From assembly GCA_963850305.1 (NCBI GenBank), contig CAWKKR010000001.1, positions 288,001-352,000 of the forward strand: a DNA stretch of 64,000 bases, written 5' to 3'. Positions 43,454 through 56,043 of the stretch are shown here, piece after piece (positions within the stretch are counted from its first letter, which is position 1; the number at the start of each line of letters is the position of its first letter). The position numbers were made by a program, and so were the translations under genes. The notes beneath the pieces are model-generated. The model worked only from the letters and a program-made list of their open reading frames with translations, was not told the DNA's origin and ran no database searches. Source of the stretch: an uncultured delta proteobacterium. Its GTDB lineage: Bacteria; Myxococcota_A; Polyangia; Polyangiales; Polyangiaceae.

Positions 43454-46400
43454 TTGCCTTCGATAGCCGACGCACTCTCAACTCTCTCCGACCGTGGCTT
43501 GCGCCGCCTGCTGGGCGCTCGAACGTTCCTCCGCGGTCTCGACTACGAAAAGCGGCGCGTCGTCGAGAGCGTGACGATCGCCGATACGACGGCGACCGGG
43601 CGCGTCAAGGGCTCCGACGCCGACCCCTACGAAACGACCATCAAGCTCGGGGGCGAGGGCATCACGTCGAACTGCACTTGCCCGGCGTTCAAGAAGACGG
43701 GGCAGCACTGCAAGCATGTCGCGGCGCTTCTCATCACGGTCCGAAATCAGGCGAGAGCGCAGCTCCCGCGCCGCGAACCGCAAGCGCCCGCCCCTCCCCC
43801 GCCTTCGGCAGCCAACGCGGACAGCAAGGCGAGCCGTAGACGCGACAGACGTCGTCGGTCGCAGGTCCAGCAACTCGCTGCGCCGCCCGGCGTGGCCGTG
43901 CCCGCACCCGACGCAAGCGCGCGGCAAACGGGGATCGGCGCGTGGCTCGCGCCTGACGGCGCGCTCCGACGCCTGAGTCTCGAGTTTCGCATCCATGTGC
44001 GGCAAGGCGGCTTGACGGTCACCGTGCTCGACGTGGATCAGCGAATGCCGCTGCTCCCGAGCATCGCACTCACCTGGCAAGCGCTGGCTCCGACGGTCGA
44101 TCGTGACGCGCTCCGACTCCTGACGCGCTTCGAGAGCGGCAACCCGCGGCACCCTGCGGTGGACATCCGCGGCGAAGACGTCGCCGACCTCATGCCGATG
44201 CTCGCGGAGTCGCGGGTGCTCCTCGAGCCCGCGTTGATGCAGCTCCGCTTCGTGGATGAACCTCTGCGGCCGAAGTTCGAGCTCGAGATGGTCGGCAGCG
44301 ACACGATCGTCGCCAAGGCGACCTTCGAGCGCTCCGGGAACGGACGCCGTTTCCACCTGACGAGCGGCGGCTGGTACGAAGGCGCGCCGGGGTGGCACAT
44401 CGACACCAGCGAGGGCATCGCACGACCACTCGATCGCAAGGTGTCGCCCGCGGCTCTTCGTCGATTGGTCCGAAGCCCGGCGATCGCCGAACCCGCGTCG
44501 CAGCTCATCGCGATGATTGCGCAGACGTTGCCCAAGGTGGCCCTCGAGATCGGCGCCGACCTGCCCGATCTCTCGCAGGTCGCGGACGTCATCGATCTCG
44601 AGCCGAAGTTCCGGATGAGCGCGACGGGGTCGCTCGTCGACGTTCACGTGGCGCTCGAAGCCACCTACGGCGACACCGACGTCGAAGTCCGCGCCGACGG
44701 TATGTCCCCGCCGGTAATCATCTACCCACCCGAGGAAGGCCACAAGCGCGGCACCTGCATCCGGACGGACATCGTGGCCCAGCAGCAAGCCGTCCAGGAG
44801 ATCCTCGATCTCGGCCTGAAGCCGAGCGAAAGTGGGGAAGCATTCGTCGCGCAAGGAGACGTCGCACTGCGGTTCTGGGCCGAGGGTGTGGGCTCCCTTC
44901 CGGAGACCTGGGAGCTCTATGTGCCGGAGGACCTCGTCGGCGTTCAGGTGCGCGGCAAGCCCATCCAGATGAGCGCACGCGTCTCGAGCGGCATGGACTG
45001 GCTGAATGTGAAGATTTCCTGGGACAGCGAGGGCATCTCCGTCGACCGCACCGAGCTCGAGCGCTGCCTCATCACGGGACAGAAGTTCGTGAAGCTCTCG
45101 GACAATTCGTACGCCCCCCTCGACCACGCGCGCGTCAAGGCCCTCATGGATCGCGAGGTGGAAATCCTCGCAGCTTCCGGCAAGACCGGGAAACTCCCGC
45201 TCTCGCAAGCCGGGCGCGTTCAGGAACTGCTGCTGCAGGCCGACGCTTCGCACCTCAGCTCACAGACCAAGGAGCTCTTCGAGAAGCTCGCCAACATCTC
45301 GGAAATTGGCAAGGCGAAGAAGCCCCGCGCGCTGAAGGCGACCCTCCGCCCCTATCAGGAGCAGGGGCTCTCGTGGCTCAGGTTCATCCATGACATCGGC
45401 TCGGGCGGGGTCCTGGCCGACGACATGGGCCTCGGCAAGACCATCCAGACCCTCGCCCTCCTCCTCGGACTCAAGCAAGAAAAGGAAGACGTCAGGGCGC
45501 TCATCGTCGCGCCGACCAGCGTGGTGACGAACTGGATACGCGAGATCGAACGCTTCGCGCCCACGCTGACGACTGCGCTCTGGCACGGAGCGGGCCGCCG
45601 AGATCAAGCTGACGAGCTCGAGAGCGCGAACATCATCGTCACGAGCTACGCGCTCCTCCGCCGCGACATCGACCTGCTGAAGAAGCTGAAGCTCACGTAC
45701 GCCATTCTCGACGAGGCGCAGAACATCAAGAACCCGCTCAGCGCCACCGCCCAGGTTGCCAAGGAGCTGCGCGCCGACCACCGCCTCGCCCTGACCGGCA
45801 CGCCGATCGAAAACCGGCTCAGCGAGATCTGGTCGATCTTCGAGTTCGTGAGTCCGGGTCTGCTCGGCCCCTTGCCGAAGTTCGAGGAAAAATTCGCTCG
45901 CCCGATCGACCAGGGTGACTCGAAGCAAGCTGCGCGTCTCCGCGCCGTCATCCACCCCTTCATCCTGCGCCGCACGAAGATCGAAGTCGCGAAGGACCTC
46001 CCGCCCAAGATCGAGAGCGACAAGTTCATCGACCTGGCCCCCGAGCAGAAAGGCATCTACCTCCAGGTGCTCCGCGAAGTGCGCGCGCAGATCATGGGAG
46101 AGGTCGAGCGCGTGGGCGTCGCGAAGAGCCAGCTCCACATCCTCGCGGGCCTGACGAAGCTCCGCCAGGCCGCGTGCGACCCGCGGCTCCTCGGCATGAA
46201 TCGCGAATTTTCTCACGACGACAGCGGGAAGCTCGCCGCGCTCCGCGAGCTCGTCGAGGAGTGTCAGTCGAGCGGACACAAGGTGCTGATCTTCAGCCAG
46301 TTCGTGTCGATGTTGAAGCTCATCCGCGAGGCCCTCGACGAGGACAAGGTTCGCTACGAGTACCTCGACGGCAGCACGATGGACCGCGCCGAGCGCATCG

Positions 46401-46735
46401 AGCGCTTCCAGACCGATCCGACCATCCCGGTCTTCTTGATCAGCCTGAAGGCGGGCGGCTCGGGCTTGAATCTGACGGCAGCCGATACCGTCGTCCACTT
46501 CGATCCTTGGTGGAACCCCGCCGTCGAAGACCAGGCGTCCGATCGCGCGCATCGCATCGGGCAGAACCGCGTCGTCACCATTTACCGTCTCGTCGCCGCC
46601 GGCACGATCGAAGAAAAGATCCTCGAGCTCAAGCAGAAGAAGAAAGACCTCGTCGCGTCCGTCTTGAGCGAAGACGCGGGCGGCCAGAAGAAGCTGACTC
46701 GCGAAGACCTGGACGACCTCTTCAAGGTCGATTGA
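43454..46735 (+). CDS. SWIM zinc-finger SNF2-family helicase
   Basis: CTCP..CKH (SWIM), LRPYQ, LADDMGLGKT, DEAQNIKN, LTGTPIEN, FSQF and DPWWNPAVEDQASDRAHRIGQ motifs. Confidence 0.95.
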   Translation: MPSIADALSTLSDRGLRRLLGARTFLRGLDYEKRRVVESVTIADTTATGRVKGSDADPYETTIKLGGEGITSNCTCPAFKKTGQHCKHVAALLITVRNQARAQLPRREPQAPAPPPPSAANADSKASRRRDRRRRSQVQQLAAPPGVAVPAPDASARQTGIGAWLAPDGALRRLSLEFRIHVRQGGLTVTVLDVDQRMPLLPSIALTWQALAPTVDRDALRLLTRFESGNPRHPAVDIRGEDVADLMPMLAESRVLLEPALMQLRFVDEPLRPKFELEMVGSDTIVAKATFERSGNGRRFHLTSGGWYEGAPGWHIDTSEGIARPLDRKVSPAALRRLVRSPAIAEPASQLIAMIAQTLPKVALEIGADLPDLSQVADVIDLEPKFRMSATGSLVDVHVALEATYGDTDVEVRADGMSPPVIIYPPEEGHKRGTCIRTDIVAQQQAVQEILDLGLKPSESGEAFVAQGDVALRFWAEGVGSLPETWELYVPEDLVGVQVRGKPIQMSARVSSGMDWLNVKISWDSEGISVDRTELERCLITGQKFVKLSDNSYAPLDHARVKALMDREVEILAASGKTGKLPLSQAGRVQELLLQADASHLSSQTKELFEKLANISEIGKAKKPRALKATLRPYQEQGLSWLRFIHDIGSGGVLADDMGLGKTIQTLALLLGLKQEKEDVRALIVAPTSVVTNWIREIERFAPTLTTALWHGAGRRDQADELESANIIVTSYALLRRDIDLLKKLKLTYAILDEAQNIKNPLSATAQVAKELRADHRLALTGTPIENRLSEIWSIFEFVSPGLLGPLPKFEEKFARPIDQGDSKQAARLRAVIHPFILRRTKIEVAKDLPPKIESDKFIDLAPEQKGIYLQVLREVRAQIMGEVERVGVAKSQLHILAGLTKLRQAACDPRLLGMNREFSHDDSGKLAALRELVEECQSSGHKVLIFSQFVSMLKLIREALDEDKVRYEYLDGSTMDRAERIERFQTDPTIPVFLISLKAGGSGLNLTAADTVVHFDPWWNPAVEDQASDRAHRIGQNRVVTIYRLVAAGTIEEKILELKQKKKDLVASVLSEDAGGQKKLTREDLDDLFKVD

Positions 46736-46765
46736 CGAGAGTGTCGCCCGCCTTCGCGTGACGCT

Positions 46766-49926
<3,161 letters not shown>

Positions 49927-49950
49927 GCTTCTTCGTTTCGCCTCTCGGCG

Positions 49951-51049
49951 CTACATCGATTCGACTGCGCCGTCGATCGCGCCGGTGGGAGGGGCGACGA
50001 CCACCTGCTCGCCCGCCTTCACCCCGTCGGCGACGGCAACCATCGTCGTCCACCTTCGGTCCGAGCTGGACGACGCGTTCTACGAGGTGGCCGTCCACGG
50101 CGACGAACACGCTGTCCTTGTCGTCCTGCGCCACCAGGGCCTTCACGGGCACGACCGGCAACGTCTCCGTCGCCGACGGGAAGCTGCGCCGTCACGAACA
50201 TGCCGGGCAAGAGGGCGTGATCCGGGTTGTCCGTCACGGCTTCGACCACGAGATCCCGCGTGGCTTCCCGGATCTCACCGCCGATGTATTTCACGGTGGC
50301 AATGAACGTCTTGCCCGGGAAGGCGACCGTCTCGAAAGTGACGACGAGCCCCGGGTGCACGCTTGCTCACGTTGGCCTCGGGAACGGTGAGCTCGAGCCG
50401 CAGCGGATCGTCGACGAGCAGGGTCACGACCCGCGTGTCGGGTGCACGTAGTCGCCGACGTGCACGAAGCGCTCGGCGATGACGCCGGCTGAAGGGCGCG
50501 CGGATGGAGGAATCGGTGAGCGTCTGCGTCGCCTGCGGCGGCGCGCACGCGGGCGGCCTCCTCGTTCGCGGCCTGCGTCTCGCAGCTCGTGGCTTGCTTG
50601 TCGTACTCCTGCTGCGTGATCGCGCCCTTGGCGAGAAGGCTCACGTAGCGCTGCGCAGTCGGCGCGGACGTTCTTGAGTTGCTCCGTCGCGCGCTGGTCA
50701 GCGTTGGCGTCGGCCTCGGCCCGCGAGAGCGCGGCGGAGCGCGCGTCGAGCTGCGCCAGGAGCGCCGCCTTGAGCGACGTGGTCGCCCCGCTCGACGAAC
50801 GTCTTCGACGACGCGGCCGGTGGCGTTGGCGGCGAGATCGGTGCGCTCGTTCGACGAGAGCACACCCGTCAGGCGGAGCAGCTTCGGCACCGTCTGCTCG
50901 GTGACGGGTACGCCGTCTGCACGTGGACCTTCGCGAGACGTACCGCCGCCTTCGGCGCGGCGCCGCCTGCGATCGTGCGAGCAGCCCGCGACCGCCAGAC
51001 CGAGCGCGAAGGCCCGCAACGCCCAGCGAGACCCGTCGCGTGTCTTCAC
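49951..51049 (-). pseudogene. RND periplasmic adaptor (membrane fusion) protein with many frameshifts
   Basis: Fragments LAVAGC lipobox, DLAANATGRV, GAITQQEYD, TRDLVVEA..LLPGMFV; boundaries approximate. Confidence 0.75.
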
Positions 51050-52388
51050 TCGCCGTTCCTTCACGCGCACTCCCGCATCCAGGCGGAGGGCCGAAGCGGG
51101 CGTAGGCGAGGTCGGCGTCGGCCTGGATCCGGGCCACGTCGGCGGAGAAGGCATCCTGGCGCGCCTGCAGGACGTCGAGCTGGGTCGCGACTCCGCTCTC
51201 GTAGCGATCCTCGCGCGAGCGACGCGGCGAGCTTCGCCGCCGCGACCTGCGCGCGCGCGAGCTGCGCCGACTCGATGTCGGCGCGGACCTGCTGCCAGTC
51301 GCGGAACACGGCGTCCTCGGCGGCCCGGCGCGCCTGGTCCTCGTTCGCCGCGCGCGGCCGCGGCCGCGGCTTCTGCGCGCGAATCTGCGGGCGAACGGTC
51401 GTGTCGAGCTTCCAGCTCGCGGCGAGCTGAAGGAGGTAGACGGCGTATGGCCGCCGATGAACGCCGGTGGCGTTCGTGAACTTCTCTTCCGCCATGCCGT
51501 TGACGCGTCGGAAGCCAGCCGGTCTTGACGGCGCGCGCGCGCCTTCTCGGCGGTCACGCGGTTCGCCGACCGCGCTCTGCACCGACGGGGACTGCCGATC
51601 GTCTCGCCCATCCAGGCCTCGAGCGGCGCTTCCTCGTGAAGATCGTCCTCGGGAAAGTCGGTCGCCGGCTCGCGCCTCGAGCCCGGAGAGCGAGTAGAGA
51701 TCGCGCCGCGTGTTCGTGACGCCGAGCTGCGCGGCGGTCACGTTCTGCTCGCGCCTTCGCCTGATCCGCGAGGGCGCGCTGCACGTCGAGCTCGGAGCCG
51801 GTGCCGCTCTCCTTCCGGTCGCGGGCGAGCGCCACGTTGTGCTGCGCGACCTCGAGGTTCTGCGCGGCCGACTGCAGCACGGCCTCGTTGCCGAGCAGCG
51901 TGTAGTAGTCGCGGAGCACGTTCTTCTCCACGGCCAGGTTGCGCGTTCTCTTCGTCGGCGCGCGCCCCCGCGAGCGTCGACTTGCGGCGCGCCCGGCGAT
52001 CCCAGTTCGGCGACGTTGATGAGCGGCACGGTGAGGATCGACGTTCGCGTCGAGCTGGTTCAGAGGCTGGATGACGATCGTGCGGGACGTGCCCGGAGGG
52101 GTCGATGCCGCCCGACGAGCGCGGCGGTCGTCGACCTCGTACTGGTTCCTGCGTGTAGGTGCCCGTGCGCGGAGAGGTTCGGCAGCGAGACTGCCCGTCG
52201 AGATGCCCACCTCGGCGTCGCGCTGGGCGGCCGTCGCGTGCGCGGCGCGGTTCTGGGGGTTCCAGCGTCTTCGCGTGCTCGAGGAACTCGGTAACCGGCT
52301 GCAGGGCGAGCGCGGACCGCGCCGAGAACGACGAGGCGCCCAGGATGACGAGCGCGCCGAGTGCGCCGCGAAACGAGACGGGGCGCAC
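51046..52388 (-). pseudogene. TolC-family outer-membrane efflux protein with many frameshifts
   Basis: Signal peptide ending ALALQP, NPQNRAA, YESGVATQLDVLQA..ADADLAYAR; boundaries approximate. Confidence 0.72.
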
Positions 52389-52556
52389 GTCGCGCGACCT
52401 CGAAGAAGCTTCTCGCTGCACGCCGGGACGATTAACGCAAAGCGACTTTGCGTACAACAACCGCGGAGCGCTCGTGTTTTCGTCAAGAGACGTGGCCGCC
52501 TGGGCAATCCTCGTGTCTGCAAAGGCAATCTTCCGGACCTCGTCGGACGGGCCCCG

Positions 52557-52572
52557 TGGCATGTTCATTGCT
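52557..52572 (+). promoter_or_regulatory. Sigma54 -24/-12 promoter
   Basis: TGGCATGTTCATTGCT, a near-consensus GG-N10-GC, 30 nt upstream of ATG 52603. Confidence 0.7.
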
Positions 52573-52602
52573 CTACAGAACAACCAGGAAAGCGGAGCAA
52601 TC

Positions 52603-52998
52603 ATGAAGACAGCCAAAAGCCGATCGAAGAAAACGAGCCCCGCTCGTGATCTGACGAAGCGCACCATCGAACACGAGGCGATCGGGGCTGCGGCAGGGGC
52701 TGCGGCGGGAGCCGTTGCCGGCGTGATGGCGGGGCCGCCCGGCATGGTCGCCGGAAGTATCGTCGGTGCCGCCGTGGGTGCGGCAGGCGCTTTCGCCCTG
52801 CAGCAAACCGATGAAGAGGAAGAAGCCAGGACGAAGAGCCTGGACGCGGCCATCGGCATCTCGGGAGGCGATCTCGGCGCTGAATGCCTGGAGCACCCCC
52901 CGGCCAAAGTTGGCGCCTACTCGGCAGCGGCTTCCGGTGTTTCGTCGACTGATGGGACCCCCGCGGAGGGTCCGTTTCAGGTGCCGGACGACAGCTGA
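52603..52998 (+). CDS. Small glycine-zipper protein
   Basis: [44 protein letters not shown]. Confidence 0.75.
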   Translation: MKTAKSRSKKTSPARDLTKRTIEHEAIGAAAGAAAGAVAGVMAGPPGMVAGSIVGAAVGAAGAFALQQTDEEEEARTKSLDAAIGISGGDLGAECLEHPPAKVGAYSAAASGVSSTDGTPAEGPFQVPDDS

Positions 52999-53178
52999 GC
53001 AGCGCCTCACGCCGGGTTTCGAACGGGATCTCGACCGTAAATGCCTCACGCGTGCGGTTCGGGTGCCCCACACTCACGCGGTGAGGGGTCCCGCCACCGC
53101 TCACTGCATCGTCCCGGCAACGTTCCCATCGAAGGGGTCGAGCGAAGGGGTCGAGCCCGCGACCAGCGTCCCTGGCCG

Positions 53179-53322
53179 CTAAGCGTGCCGGCCTTGCGTC
53201 CCGTACGCCATGGCGAAAAAAACGACGAAGGCAACGGTCAACATGACGAGTTCCCCGACGACCTCGCCGTGACTGATGACGTGGTGGGGACCGACTCCCG
53301 CCAATGCAATCAGATGCGACAT
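53179..53322 (-). CDS. Putative 47-aa single-TM microprotein
   Basis: Below the track cutoff: MSHLIALAGVGPHHVISHGEVVGELVMLTVAFVVFFAMAYGTQGRHA. Alternative start at ATG 53244. Confidence 0.4.
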   Translation of the reverse strand: MSHLIALAGVGPHHVISHGEVVGELVMLTVAFVVFFAMAYGTQGRHA

Positions 53323-53334
53323 GCACCCCGTAAG

Positions 53335-53350
53335 AGCATGCTGCATGCCA
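53335..53350 (-). promoter_or_regulatory. Candidate sigma54 promoter for the microprotein
   Basis: Minus strand TGGCATGCAGCATGCT (GG-N10-GC). Confidence 0.45.
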
Positions 53351-53373
53351 GGATGCTTCCCCGGCGCGGTAAA

Positions 53374-54321
53374 TCAGCCGACGGGGATCTTGGACTTGTT
53401 GTGCGACAGCCACTGCGCGAACGTCTGTAGCTCCGGATTCAGCTCGCGCGACAACGCGAGATCACGAGCCGCGCAGAACTCCTTCTCGAAGTCGCGCTTG
53501 TACTGGAACATGTTGCCGAGGTCGTCTGCTCCGGGGAAGCCGAAGGTACGGAAAATCTCCGGCGGGACGTACCGGTACGCGACGGGTTGCCCGAGCGCCT
53601 GGCTCAGGGCGGCCGCCATCTTCTCGCCCGTCAGATGTTCGCCCGCGATGCCCACCGTCTTCCCGATGAACGCCGCGCCGCGCTTGAAGACACCGTACGC
53701 GCACTTGCCGATGTCCTCGACCGCGATGCCCGGGAGCTTCTTGTCGGCCATGGGCAGTGTGAACGCCAGCTTGCCGTCCGGGCCCTTCGACGGGGCCATG
53801 CCCGGAGACAGCAAATTGTCCCAGTAGAACGACGTCAGCAGCATCGTCGTCGGCACTCCCGCCTCCACGAAGAAGCGGTTCGATTCGCCCTTCGCGTCGA
53901 AGTGCGGGACCTTGTACTTGTCCTTGAGGGTCGGCATCCGGGGGTCATCGAGTGGAACCCGAAGCCGGGTGTCCTCGAGCGTCGACCAGATGGCGTGCGA
54001 TACGGCTGCCCGCTTCGCTGCCTGAGCGAGCGCCTTCGCCTGGGCAAGCTCCTTGTCCGCCGAGGAGTGTTCCCAGAAGCTCGTCACGCAGAACGCGCCG
54101 TGAACGCCGGCAAAAGCCTTTGCCAGACTCGCCTCGTCGTCGAGATCCGCGGCGACCACCTCCACGCCGAGCTTCGCGAACGCGCGGGCCTTCTCGCCAT
54201 CTGGTTTTCGCGTGATGGCGCGGGGAATGAACTCTCCGTTAGCGTCGGCGAGGATCGCGCGGACGAGGCCACCTCCCTGTGCGCCAGTGGCTCCAACGAC
54301 GGCGATGATCTTCTTGCTCAT
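53374..54321 (-). CDS. NmrA/HSCARG-family NAD(P)-binding protein
   Basis: VVGATGAQGG, IWSTLEDTR, VPHFDAKG and VEDIG motifs; AAGGAGAG RBS. Confidence 0.92.
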   Translation of the reverse strand: MSKKIIAVVGATGAQGGGLVRAILADANGEFIPRAITRKPDGEKARAFAKLGVEVVAADLDDEASLAKAFAGVHGAFCVTSFWEHSSADKELAQAKALAQAAKRAAVSHAIWSTLEDTRLRVPLDDPRMPTLKDKYKVPHFDAKGESNRFFVEAGVPTTMLLTSFYWDNLLSPGMAPSKGPDGKLAFTLPMADKKLPGIAVEDIGKCAYGVFKRGAAFIGKTVGIAGEHLTGEKMAAALSQALGQPVAYRYVPPEIFRTFGFPGADDLGNMFQYKRDFEKEFCAARDLALSRELNPELQTFAQWLSHNKSKIPVG

Positions 54322-54387
54322 GGGACTCTCCTTGTTCGAAGGGTGCGCAGCCTAGCACCCTCGATGCGCCCGGGGCACAGGGTCCCG

Positions 54388-54427
54388 GCCGTCGAGCGGC
54401 GGAGTTCGCCCGCCGCTCGACGGCTTT
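54388..54427. terminator. Perfect 15-bp inverted repeat (strong hairpin) about 30 nt past the stop of the uncharacterised gene
   Basis: GCCGTCGAGCGGCGG-AGTTCGC-CCGCCGCTCGACGGC; a short T run follows only on the + strand. Confidence 0.6.
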
Positions 54428-54453
54428 CCGTACTCGCGTTCGTCCTCTCGCCG

Positions 54454-55344
54454 TCAGTGCGCCGCGGGTCCGCGTGGCACCGACGCGGGCGTGGGCGGCA
54501 CGGGGTTCACGATCGGCGGCACAGGGGCAGGCGTGGGCTCCGGGGACGGTACGGCCGGCTTCGGATGGCGACCGCGACCCGCATAGAGCGACGGGATGAT
54601 CGGCTCCGCGTTCCCGCGCTGCCACTCGATGAACGCGACGGCGTGCCGCACTTGCTCGTAAGCGTTCACCATGAGCGTGAACGCTTGCCGGCGGACGAGC
54701 GCCGTCGCGGCGACGGCTTCTGGACTCTGCTCCTTCCGTCCGATGGCCGCGACCAGCTCTTCTGCCAGAGCTTTTGCCTTCTGGAGATCGGCTTCGACGA
54801 GCGCCGTTCTTGCCTGGATCCGTTGCCAGTATTCACCGAGCAGGTTCGCCCAGGCCATGAGCTCGAAGGCCACGTTGCGGTAGCCGACGCGCCCGGTGAA
54901 GGATGCAAACCGCGCCGGATCGATGAGCCCGTGCTTCGCCAGGGTCATCGCGTCCGTTCGGAGCGTGTCGCGGAGCGCGACGGCCTGCTCGTTCAGCGTC
55001 ACGAGCTCCGCAGGCGGCTCGATGGCAATGAAGTAGAGCGAGTCTGCCTCACACGCCGCCATGGCGTAGTCCGGCAGCGCGTCCACCCGTTCGATGTCGA
55101 AGTCCGGCAGCTTCGCGAGCTTGTCGCGGAGTGCCGTCACTGCCGACATGACTCCGAGAATCGTCGTCACCGCCGCCGCGATGTCGATGCGCACCGGTAC
55201 GAGCGCGCTCTCCGGCACGGCCTGGATCTCGGTGAGGCGCCGCTCGTAGGCCGCGTGGAACGACGACTGGTCGTGGAACCCACCCGGTGCGCGCGCCCTG
55301 CGGTTCCTGGTCTGCCGACCCGTGCGATGATGCTGCGTTGACAT
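54454..55344 (-). CDS. Uncharacterised, predicted all-helical protein with a Pro-rich tail
   Basis: 296 aa, CAGGAGA RBS, strong GC3 bias; amphipathic helices ending AYEQVRHAVAFIEW..IIPSLY. No catalytic motif recognised. Confidence 0.8.
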   Translation of the reverse strand: MSTQHHRTGRQTRNRRARAPGGFHDQSSFHAAYERRLTEIQAVPESALVPVRIDIAAAVTTILGVMSAVTALRDKLAKLPDFDIERVDALPDYAMAACEADSLYFIAIEPPAELVTLNEQAVALRDTLRTDAMTLAKHGLIDPARFASFTGRVGYRNVAFELMAWANLLGEYWQRIQARTALVEADLQKAKALAEELVAAIGRKEQSPEAVAATALVRRQAFTLMVNAYEQVRHAVAFIEWQRGNAEPIIPSLYAGRGRHPKPAVPSPEPTPAPVPPIVNPVPPTPASVPRGPAAH

Positions 55345-55561
55345 TTTTTCTGTCTCCTGTCGATCCGCGGAACGGGTTTGCTCCGCGCTTCCGATAGCTG
55401 GGACGCACGCCCCGCTCTTTCCCTACGGAAGAAAATTTCATTTCAACCACTTTGGCCCCGCGGCCGCCCCGGACCGGAGACCGAATCAGGCCCATGGTTG
55501 TTCGCTCGGATGCCGTGCCAAGACTCCGGGCGACTCCGGAGGTCGGCCACCCGTCCTGGAT

Positions 55562-55939
55562 ATGAGGTCACCTCGTGCGGATTGTTCGACTCGAACCAAA
55601 GCCATGAGGTCACCTCATCCCGTTCGTTCGACTCGAACCAAAGCCATGAGGTCACCTCATCCCGATTGTTCGACTCGAACCAAAGCCATGAGGTCACCTC
55701 ATCCCGTTCGTTCGATTCGAACCAAAGCCATGAGGTCACCTCATCCCGGTCGTTCGACTCGAACCAAAGCCATGAGGTCACCTCATCCCGTTCGTTCGAC
55801 TCGAACCAAAGCCATGAGGTCACCTCATCCCGATCGTTCGACTCGAACCAAAACCACGAGGTCACCTCATTCCGTTCGTTCGTCCCGAACCCGCTCCACG
55901 AGGTCGCCTCATTCCGTTCGTTCGTCCTGAACCGGAGGA
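55562..55939. repeat. Tandem array of 9 x 42-bp units, each with two palindromes
   Basis: Consensus ATGAGGTCACCTCAT-CCCGTTC-GTTCGACTCGAAC-CAAAGCC. Units start at 55562, 55604, 55646, 55688, 55730, 55772, 55814, 55856 and 55898; the terminal units are degenerate. Confidence 0.97.
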
Positions 55940-56043
55940 CCCGTCACGTCCGATCGGGCGTTTTCACGGCGGCCGCGGGCTCGTCCCGGGTCGTCTTTCG
56001 CGATCGCCTGGAGCCATGCGACACTTCGCCGAGCGACTCGCAG

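Noticed and set aside
55505..55520. Sigma54 promoter (TGGCACG, minus strand) between the array and the uncharacterised gene
   Set aside because: The -24 box is good but the -12 position reads CCGA, not TTGC. Too weak to call.
55562..55939. CRISPR or TIGR-type guide array
   Set aside because: Linkers are only 7 nt and nearly invariant, so there are no unique spacers. No cas or Nop-domain gene was recognised in the window.
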